From Myxococcota bacterium (GTDB lineage: Bacteria > Myxococcota_A > UBA796 > UBA2385): a DNA stretch of 64,000 bases. Of this stretch, positions 42,513-50,063 are shown one piece after another; within the stretch, counting starts at the first letter, position 1, and each line of letters begins with the position of its first letter. Below the pieces are notes generated by a model, which had not been told where the DNA came from, searched no databases, and saw nothing but the letters and a program-made list of their open reading frames with translations. A program made the translations under genes and the position numbers. Where the stretch lies: NCBI GenBank assembly GCA_044344255.1, contig JBIJDH010000018.1:64001-128000 (forward strand), written 5' to 3'.

Positions 42513-43534
42513 ACCGAGGGGCCCTCCTGGGGCTCGGCTTCGTGTGGAGCGGCTGCGCGCCCCAGGCGTCCGAGCCTGCTCCTCCCCCGGCGACACCGAG
42601 CTTCGACACCCTCAGCGGGGCGGGCCTCTCGCCGCCGTCCCCGCTCCTTCGAGTCCCTCGAGGGGGGCCGCCTGCCTTTGGGATGTGGGGCTTGAACGGT
42701 CACCTCGACCCGGAGGGCCTCCGCGCCCTCCAGGCCAATTTCGGGATCACCGTGGTTCAGACCGCCACCACCGACCCCCGCTGGGCGGTCGACACCCTGC
42801 TGCCCCGGCTGCGAGAGGCGGGGCTGCAGGTCACGCTGCGGCTCACTGGGGATCACCCCCGCTACACCGACGCGCGCGGCGACTTCGACCTCGCGGCCTG
42901 GGAGGCGCAGCTCGACCGCTGGGCGCCGGAGGAGCTCGCCCCCTTCATCGCCGACGGGACGCTGGCCGGCCACATGCTGCTCGACGACATCGCCAATTTC
43001 GAGGGGCGAGACCCTGACGCCGCCGACCTCGACGAGATGGCCCGCGCCAGCAAGGCGCGGCTCCCGGGGCTGATGACCTTCGTGCGCGAGCGGGCGACCG
43101 CCCTCCCCGAGCCCGTGGGCGGTCGGTACCAGCACGTCGACGCGGCGGTGAACCAGTACAAGGCCCAGCACGGGGACGCGGCGGCCTTCGCCTCGGCCGA
43201 GGCGGCGCGCTGCCGAGCGCTGGGCCTCGGCGTCATCAACGGCCTCAACATCGCCAACGGCGGCGACGGATCGAGCGGGCAGCCGGGCTGGGCCGAGGGC
43301 CGCTTCGCGATGTCCGGGGAGGAGATCCTCCGCGCCGGGGCCCCGCTCGCCACCGCTCCTGGCCTCGGGATGTTCCTCGTCTGGGAGTACGACGGGGAGG
43401 AGCGGTGGTCGGACGGCTCGGTGGGCAGCGACTACTTCGATCAGCCCGACCAGGTCGATGCCCTCGACCGCCTGGGCCGCCTTGTGTCCGAGCAGCCCGC
43501 GATCACCCTCTTACGCGCGCCCGCCCCTGGCTGA
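42509..43534 (+). CDS. Hypothetical lipoprotein (possible glycoside-hydrolase-like barrel)
   Basis: Lipobox-like WSGC, GTGA-coupled to galE, coding-like GC3. The fold is a guess. Confidence 0.6.
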   Translation: MNRGALLGLGFVWSGCAPQASEPAPPPATPSFDTLSGAGLSPPSPLLRVPRGGPPAFGMWGLNGHLDPEGLRALQANFGITVVQTATTDPRWAVDTLLPRLREAGLQVTLRLTGDHPRYTDARGDFDLAAWEAQLDRWAPEELAPFIADGTLAGHMLLDDIANFEGRDPDAADLDEMARASKARLPGLMTFVRERATALPEPVGGRYQHVDAAVNQYKAQHGDAAAFASAEAARCRALGLGVINGLNIANGGDGSSGQPGWAEGRFAMSGEEILRAGAPLATAPGLGMFLVWEYDGEERWSDGSVGSDYFDQPDQVDALDRLGRLVSEQPAITLLRAPAPG

Positions 43535-44575
43535 GGCGGGGGGCGCGGCGGGGGGCGCGGCAGGGGCCGCGGCGGGGGGCGCGGCGGGGAGGATCGAGAA
43601 GATGCTGCTGATGCCGTGCTCCTCCAGGGCCCAAGTCTGCAGCTTACGCCCCCGGGCGAGGTCATAGGCCACCACCCGCGCCGGCAGCGGCTCGGGGGCC
43701 TTGCCGAGGGGGCGCCGCAGCCAGGCGAGGTTCTGCTTCAAGGCGGTGGGGCGGAGGCGGCTGAAGCAGAGGTAGGTGAGCCCGCCCTCGCGGAGGATCC
43801 CCCGGCACCAGCCGAGGGGCCGGCCGCCCTCCTCGCCGATGCGGTCGAGGTTGTAACGCTCCTCGATCCGCGCGCCGCCGCGATCGAGCCGCAGCACCGC
43901 GCCGGACACCACCGTGAACCACAGCCCGTCCTCGTCCAGCACGCCGTCGTGGATCGGGTCGTCGGCGAGGCGGGGGGTGGTGGGCCGGGGCTCACCCGCC
44001 GGGGCGTCGAGGCAGAGGGCGTCGCGCTGCTCGAAGCGGGTCACCCAGCGGCGGCCCGCGAGGGTGAAGAGGTAGTTCGGGTGCGCCTGATGGGGCTTGG
44101 TGGTGGGGACGAGCCGGTAGTCGGTGGCCCGAGAGAAGCGGGCGGAAGGATCGGCCGCGGTCGCGCTGAGCACGGCGACGAGCTGCTCGTCGGCCTCGTC
44201 GAAGACCAGCACGGCGTCGAGGCCGGTAGAGACGACGTGCAGCCGCCCGTCGATGCGGGTGACGTGGTGGACGTCGTTCATCCAGGGGTGGCTGAGCGTG
44301 CGGACCACGCGCTCGGCGCGGGGATCGAAGAAGAGCACCTCCGTCTGGGTGCAGAGCAGGAGGGTGTCACCGTCCCAGGACGCCGCCTTGAACACGAAGG
44401 AGGGGTCCTCTGCCGGGCATCGCCCCGGCGGCGAGGCGTGTTCGAGGACGGTACGGACAGCGCCGCTCTCGGTGTCCAGCTCGAGCAACACGGCCTTCTC
44501 GTAGGCCTGCCACTCGTCGCGCGCCTTGAGCCGCGCCCCGCGCTGCCGCCCGCCGGTGATGAAGGTGCGGGGCAT
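43511..44575 (-). CDS. Hypothetical protein, probable beta-propeller
   Basis: Repeated short beta-strand blades (NDVHHV, HPNYL, PIHDG, GWCRGI); divergent from the hydrolase gene. Confidence 0.6.
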   Translation of the reverse strand: MPRTFITGGRQRGARLKARDEWQAYEKAVLLELDTESGAVRTVLEHASPPGRCPAEDPSFVFKAASWDGDTLLLCTQTEVLFFDPRAERVVRTLSHPWMNDVHHVTRIDGRLHVVSTGLDAVLVFDEADEQLVAVLSATAADPSARFSRATDYRLVPTTKPHQAHPNYLFTLAGRRWVTRFEQRDALCLDAPAGEPRPTTPRLADDPIHDGVLDEDGLWFTVVSGAVLRLDRGGARIEERYNLDRIGEEGGRPLGWCRGILREGGLTYLCFSRLRPTALKQNLAWLRRPLGKAPEPLPARVVAYDLARGRKLQTWALEEHGISSIFSILPAAPPAAAPAAPPAAPPASARGGRA

Positions 44576-44744
44576 GGACTGCAGCGCCTCGGTGGGGCGA
44601 ATGGGGCGTCTGGCTTATCCGAGCACAGGCGGCGCCGCGAGGCCCGCGGCCCGCCCCGCCGGGCTCCCCCTCCGGATGCGAGGTGGGTGTCACTCGGCTA
44701 TCTTCGCGCCGCTTCGTGCCTCGTGATCGGCGAGCTCGCAGGCC

Positions 44745-46484
44745 GTGGAGGTTCCGATGGGGGGCACCAGTCCGGTGGCGCGAGGTCCGCTCGGGGCGGC
44801 GGAGGCCGAGGCCGCCGGGGGCCTGCGCCGGCGCAGGGGCTACCTTCGCGGGGCCTTCGTGGTGGAGCACGCCCCGGCCGGGCCGACCGCGCGCCACGCC
44901 GCCATCCTTGTCCTGCCGCCGCTCGGCTACGAAGACACGAGCGCGTATCGTCCCCTCCGCGTGCTGGCCGACACGCTGGCGGCGAAGGGGTACTCCGTCT
45001 GGCGCCTCGACTGGCCGGGCCTCGGGGACAGCGCGGGAGAAGCGGAGACCCCCAATCTCTTCGAGTCCATGCGCGCCGCCGTCTCCGAGGCCGTCGCCGC
45101 GCTGCGAGCGCGGGGGCACGGGCGGATCATCGGCGTGGGCGTGCGCGGCGGGGCGCTCTTCGCCCTCGCGGAGCCGGGGCTGGACGACCTCATCCTCTGG
45201 GGCCTCCCCGCCAGCGGGCGGGCCTGGGTGCGGGAGGAGCGCGCCTTCCACCGGATGGCGGCCCGGGCCTTCGGCGCGGCGCCCGCCGGGGCTACCCCGC
45301 CGGCGGGGGCCCTCGAGGCGGGCGGCTTCGGCTTCAGCGCCGAGACGGTATTGGGCATCGAGGGCCTGGACGCCGTCACCCTCGCCGCGCGGGCCGGTCG
45401 CGGGCGCGTGCTCCTCATCCCGCGCGAGGGCAGCACCCCCGCCGCCGCGCTGCGGAGCGCCTTCGAGGCCAGCGGGGCCGCGCTCACGCTCAGCGAGGCG
45501 GGCGGCGTCGGAGATCTCCTCGAAGACCCCTACCGCGCTGCTCTCCAGCCGCGGGTGAGCGAGGCGATCCTCGACTGGCTGCCGGCGGAGGAGGGCCGGC
45601 TGCCGCTCGGACCCGCCCGCTGGGCACCCTCGATCACCTTCGACGGGCAGGTTCGGGAGCGCCCGTGGATCGCCGCCGGCGGGAGCGGGGAGCTCTCGGG
45701 AATCCTCTGTGAGCCCGCGGGCGGCGCGGGGCCCGGCGCGCGGTGGGTGATCTTCTACAACGCGGGCGGGGTGCGCCGCTCCGGCCCGAACCGCCTCTGG
45801 ACCCGCGCCGCGCGCGCCCTCGCCCGGGCCGGCCGCCCCTCCCTGCGCATCGACGTGCGCGACGTCGGCGACAGCGACGGCGCCCACGCCCCCCACAAGG
45901 ACCTCGAGGCGATGTACAGCGAGGCCTCGATCGCCGACGCCCTCCTCGCGTACGATCACGCCGTCGCCGCCGGGGCCGGCGCGGTCGATGTCGTGGGCCT
46001 CTGCTCGGGGGCCTTCCTCGGCGCCCAGGTCGCGGCCCGGCGTCGGGTGCGGCGGGCGCTGCTCTTCAACGGCCTCGCCTTCGTCTGGAACGAGGACGCG
46101 AAGGCGAGCGGCATGACGGCGCAGATCGGCCGCTCCCTCCTCGACGCCCGGCGCTGGCGGCGCCTCCTGAGCGGGCGGATCGATCGGGTCGCGCTCGTCC
46201 GCTCGATGGCGGTCAAGGCCCGGATGAAGGCCGAGGCCTCCCTCACCCGCCTCCGCGGCGGTGAGGTAGAGAGCGAGGTCTCCCAGCTCTTCCGGCTGAT
46301 CCACGCCCAGGGCACCCTCACGGAGCTGGTGTCGAGCGAGGGCGATCCGAGCATCGCCTACCTCGAGCGGCTGGTGGCGGCGCCGCTCCGTCCACCGCTC
46401 ACGGTGATCCCCGGGGTGGATCACACGATTCGCCCGCTCTGGGCACATGAGCGGGTGGTCGCGCTGGTGCTCGGCGAGGGTTGA
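44745..46484 (+). CDS. Tandem alpha/beta-hydrolase fold protein (two domains)
   Basis: Domain 1 LDWPGLGDS, GVRGG; domain 2 IDVRDVGDSDG, GLCSG, IPGVDHT. Confidence 0.82.
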   Translation: MEVPMGGTSPVARGPLGAAEAEAAGGLRRRRGYLRGAFVVEHAPAGPTARHAAILVLPPLGYEDTSAYRPLRVLADTLAAKGYSVWRLDWPGLGDSAGEAETPNLFESMRAAVSEAVAALRARGHGRIIGVGVRGGALFALAEPGLDDLILWGLPASGRAWVREERAFHRMAARAFGAAPAGATPPAGALEAGGFGFSAETVLGIEGLDAVTLAARAGRGRVLLIPREGSTPAAALRSAFEASGAALTLSEAGGVGDLLEDPYRAALQPRVSEAILDWLPAEEGRLPLGPARWAPSITFDGQVRERPWIAAGGSGELSGILCEPAGGAGPGARWVIFYNAGGVRRSGPNRLWTRAARALARAGRPSLRIDVRDVGDSDGAHAPHKDLEAMYSEASIADALLAYDHAVAAGAGAVDVVGLCSGAFLGAQVAARRRVRRALLFNGLAFVWNEDAKASGMTAQIGRSLLDARRWRRLLSGRIDRVALVRSMAVKARMKAEASLTRLRGGEVESEVSQLFRLIHAQGTLTELVSSEGDPSIAYLERLVAAPLRPPLTVIPGVDHTIRPLWAHERVVALVLGEG

Positions 46485-46613
46485 ACTCGGTCGCTCCAAT
46501 TCCCTTGCGGAGCGCGTGGGTTCGGGCGAAGTTCGCTGCGCGGCCAGGGCCCTTCGTCACGAACAAGGACCCCCTCCTCCACGGGTCGTGGAGCGTCGAT
46601 CACCGGAGTCTCC

Positions 46614-46865
46614 GTGTCCACCGTCGAACCCATTGATTATGTTCGGGAGATCCTGGCAAAGCATGGCCGCCTCTCGGCGGACGTGATGAGCCTCGCCCCC
46701 GCTGATGACCTCTACGCGGTGGGCCTCACCTCGCTCACCACTGTCCACATCATGCTGGCCCTCGAAGACCAGTTCGGGGTCGAGTTCCCCGATCGCCTCC
46801 TCGGTCGAAAGACCTTTGGGAGCATCCAGTCCATCGTCGAGGCCGTGGAAGAGCTGGTCGGCTGA
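46614..46865 (+). CDS. Acyl/amino-acid carrier protein
   Basis: 83 aa; DLYAVGLTSL (phosphopantetheine Ser), LEDQFGVEFPD; GGAG SD. Confidence 0.93.
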   Translation: MSTVEPIDYVREILAKHGRLSADVMSLAPADDLYAVGLTSLTTVHIMLALEDQFGVEFPDRLLGRKTFGSIQSIVEAVEELVG

Positions 46866-46903
46866 CCCTCCCGTCGCACCCCGCCGTCCGAAGGACAAGC
46901 GCC

Positions 46904-48088
46904 ATGGAACATTCGAGTCCCCCCGCCGTTCGCCTGCGCGAGCTCACCCGGCGGCTCCATGAGATCGGCCGGGACGTGGTGGCGCCGCACGCCGCCGCGG
47001 TCGATCGCGACGCCCGCTTCCCCCACGAGGCCTTCGCGGCCTTAAAGGCCGAGCGCCTGCTGTCCTGCTTCGTCCCCGAGGCCTACGGCGGCATGGGGCT
47101 GCACTTCAGCGAGCTCACCCGGCTCTGCGAGGTGCTGGGGCTCTACTGCGGCTCGACGGCGATGGTCTTCGCGATGCACCAGATCCAGGTGGGCTGCGTG
47201 GTGCACCACGCCACCGGCTCGCCGGTCTTCGAGGACCTCCTCCGTGAGCTCTGCCGGGAGCAGCTCGTGATGGCCTCCGCCACGACCGAGCTCGGCATCG
47301 GCGGTGACGTGCGCACGAGCCGCTGCGCGGTGCGGGTCGAAGGAGACCGCTACCTGCTCGAGAAGCAGGCGCCGGTCATCTCCTACGCCGACCACGCTGA
47401 CATCATCCTCGTGACCGCCCGCCGCGCCCCCGACGCCGCGCCGGGTGACCAGGTGCACGTGATGGTGCGGCGGTCCGAGTGTACGCTCGAGCCCCTCTCC
47501 ACCTGGGACACCCTCGGCTTCCGCGGCACCTGCAGCATCGGCTACACGCTGCGCGCGGAGGGTCCGGTCTCGAACATCCTGCCGGTCCCCTACGCCGAGA
47601 TCCACCAGAAGACGATGCATCCCTTCTCCCACATCGTCTGGAGCGCCCTCTGGCTCGGCATCGCCACCGACGCGGTGCAGCGGGCGCGGGCGTCCGTGCG
47701 GGCGGAGGCGCGGAAGACCCCAGGCACGCTGCCGCCCTCGGCGATGCGCTTGGCCGAGCTTGACACCGTGCTCTTCACGATGCGCAGCGGCGTCGAGGCG
47801 GTGCTCGCTGACTACCAGGCCCGGCTCCACCGCTTCGCGGGCGAGCCCTTCCCCTCCGACTACGGCTTCTCGCTCCGCGTGAGCAACCTGAAGGTCACCG
47901 CCTCCACGCTGATCATCGAGATCGTGGGCAAGGCGATGCTCATCGCCGGCATCACCGGCTACCGCAACGACGCCCCAGGCTCGCTCTGCCGCCACCTGCG
48001 GGACGCGTACGGGGCCTCGCTGATGGTCAGCAACGAGCGCATCCTGGGACAGAGCTCCACCATGCAGATCCTCCATCGGGAAGGGTGA
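46904..48088 (+). CDS. Acyl-CoA dehydrogenase family protein (carrier-protein associated)
   Basis: AAAVDRDARFPHEAF, VPEAYGGMG, WDTLGFRGTCS, RHLRDA. Confidence 0.9.
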   Translation: MEHSSPPAVRLRELTRRLHEIGRDVVAPHAAAVDRDARFPHEAFAALKAERLLSCFVPEAYGGMGLHFSELTRLCEVLGLYCGSTAMVFAMHQIQVGCVVHHATGSPVFEDLLRELCREQLVMASATTELGIGGDVRTSRCAVRVEGDRYLLEKQAPVISYADHADIILVTARRAPDAAPGDQVHVMVRRSECTLEPLSTWDTLGFRGTCSIGYTLRAEGPVSNILPVPYAEIHQKTMHPFSHIVWSALWLGIATDAVQRARASVRAEARKTPGTLPPSAMRLAELDTVLFTMRSGVEAVLADYQARLHRFAGEPFPSDYGFSLRVSNLKVTASTLIIEIVGKAMLIAGITGYRNDAPGSLCRHLRDAYGASLMVSNERILGQSSTMQILHREG

Positions 48089-48092
48089 GGCC

Positions 48093-49022
48093 ATGAGCTG
48101 TCTCAGCGGTGAAGATCCGCAGCGCGCCTATCAGGACGACCTCGTCGCCGCCGGGCTGCTGCTCCGGCTCGGTGCCCAGGGGCTCTATGCCCGCAGCGGC
48201 GTCTTCGAGGGGGTGATCCGGCAGTTCGAGGCCTACGTCCACCGCGCCGCCCCGCCCGTCGACGCCACTTGGCGCCTGCCGCCGGTCTTCGCCCGCGACC
48301 ACTACTGCGGCATCAACCACATCTACAACTTCCCCGATCTGCTCGGCTCCATCGACGAGTTCAAGGGGGCCGACCGCGAGCACCAGGCCCTCCTCCGTGC
48401 CTTCGAGAAACGAGAGGAGGGGGAGGACTGGACCCGCTCGCTCGGCCCCTCCAACCTGATGATGGTGCCGGCGGCCTGCTACCCGATCTACCCGACGCTC
48501 ACGGGCACGCTCCCCCCGGGCGGGCGGCTGATCGACCTCCAGGGCTTCGTGTTTCGCAACGAGCCCTCGGACGACCCCTGTCGGATGCTCATCTTCCGCC
48601 AGCAGGAGTATGTCTGCGTGGGGACGCCGCAGGCGGCCCTCGACCACCGCGACGCCTGGATCGAGCGCGGCCTCGTGCTGCTGCGGGCCCTGGGGCTGCC
48701 AGTGGAGTCGGTGGTCGCCAATGACCCCTTCTTCGGCCGGGGGGGCCGCCTCGCCAAGGCCACGCAGCGGGAGCAGACCCTCAAGTTCGAGCTGGTGGTG
48801 CCGGTCACCTCCGAGGAGCGGCCCACGGCGGTCACCTCCTCGAACTGCCACCTCGACTACTTCGGGGGGGCCTTCGACATTCGCACCGACGACGGTGAGC
48901 TCGCCCACTCGGCCTGCGTGGGCTTCGGGATCGAGCGGGTGGCGCTCGCCCTGTTTCGGCACCACGGCTTCGACGTCTCCGCCTGGCCCGCCGCGGTCCG
49001 GCGCCTGCTCGAGCTCGGCTGA
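48093..49022 (+). CDS. Amino acid:[acyl-carrier-protein] ligase (seryl-tRNA synthetase-like, no tRNA-binding domain)
   Basis: 309 aa class II aaRS core only; PAACYP, motif 2 FRNEPS, FRQQEY, ANDPFFGRGG, motif 3 HSACVGFGIER; same operon as the ACP. Confidence 0.92.
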   Translation: MSCLSGEDPQRAYQDDLVAAGLLLRLGAQGLYARSGVFEGVIRQFEAYVHRAAPPVDATWRLPPVFARDHYCGINHIYNFPDLLGSIDEFKGADREHQALLRAFEKREEGEDWTRSLGPSNLMMVPAACYPIYPTLTGTLPPGGRLIDLQGFVFRNEPSDDPCRMLIFRQQEYVCVGTPQAALDHRDAWIERGLVLLRALGLPVESVVANDPFFGRGGRLAKATQREQTLKFELVVPVTSEERPTAVTSSNCHLDYFGGAFDIRTDDGELAHSACVGFGIERVALALFRHHGFDVSAWPAAVRRLLELG

Positions 49023-49088
49023 GACCCTGGCGCTCCGCCGCGCCCGGCCCCCGCCCGACGATAGACCCTCGACCCTGGAGACCGGGCC

Positions 49089-50063
49089 ATGCCGCGAGTC
49101 GCCCCGCTCGACCCCTCGACCTATGTCCGCCACCGTACGCACCAGCCGGGGCGGACCTGGGCCGAGACCAACTGTTACACCGACGTCGTCATCGAGCTCC
49201 TCCACGGGCTCGGCCACGAGCCGCTCGCCGCGCTCCCCTTCACGCTGACCATCGACCTCGACGTCGACCAGTGGACCTTCTTCAAGTTCCCCCACCAAGA
49301 CATCGCGGCCCTCTACGCCCTGGGCGTCCACGAGCTCGCCCCCTGGCGCCCGCTCGTCGAGCACCTCGAGGAGCTGGCCGCGGCCGGCCTGCCTGTGCTG
49401 GTGGAGCTCGACTCCTTCTACCTCCCCGACACCGCGGGCTCGGCCTATGGGCTGGCTCACGTCAAGTCGACGGTGGCGGTCAATGAGGTCGACCGGGCGC
49501 GCGGCGGCCTCGGCTATTTCCACAACCAGGGCTATCACTGGCTCGAGGGACAGGACTTCCTGGACGTCCTGCAGGTGGGGGGCCTCGTGCACCCGCGCAT
49601 GATGCCGCCCTACATCGAGATCGTGAAGCCGCTGCCGCGGGCGCGGGCCCTGCGGGGGGCGGACCTCGTCGAGGGCTCCCTCGCGGTGCTCCAGCAGCAG
49701 CTCCGCCTCCGCCCGGAGACGAACCCCTTTCGACGCTTTCGGGTGAAGTTCGAGGCGGATATGCCTGGACTGCTCGAGGCCGACCTCGAGCACTTCCACG
49801 CCTACTCCTTCGCGACGCTGCGTCAGTACGGGGCCTGCTACGAGCTGGCCTCCACCTATCTCAGCTGGCTCGGCGAGCAGGGCGTAGATGGTCTCCAGTC
49901 GGCGGTGGACGACCTCGGTCACATCTCCACCGCCACCAAGGCCCTCCAGCTCCGGCTGGCCCGCTCGATGATGCGCAAGAAGGCGCTCGACCTCTCGGTC
50001 CTCGACGAGCTCGCCCTCCGCTGGGACGCGGCGATGGAGCTGCTGGTGGCCCGCCATGGCTGA
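49089..50063 (+). CDS. DUF1839 family protein
   Basis: WAETNCYTD, DQWTFFKFP, ELDSFYLPDTAG, HVKST, YFHNQG, YSFATLRQYGA; position next to the aa:CP ligase. Confidence 0.85.
   Translation: MPRVAPLDPSTYVRHRTHQPGRTWAETNCYTDVVIELLHGLGHEPLAALPFTLTIDLDVDQWTFFKFPHQDIAALYALGVHELAPWRPLVEHLEELAAAGLPVLVELDSFYLPDTAGSAYGLAHVKSTVAVNEVDRARGGLGYFHNQGYHWLEGQDFLDVLQVGGLVHPRMMPPYIEIVKPLPRARALRGADLVEGSLAVLQQQLRLRPETNPFRRFRVKFEADMPGLLEADLEHFHAYSFATLRQYGACYELASTYLSWLGEQGVDGLQSAVDDLGHISTATKALQLRLARSMMRKKALDLSVLDELALRWDAAMELLVARHG

Noticed and set aside
48093..49022. Housekeeping seryl-tRNA synthetase
   Set aside because: Too short, lacks the tRNA-binding domain, and sits in an operon with a dedicated ACP.
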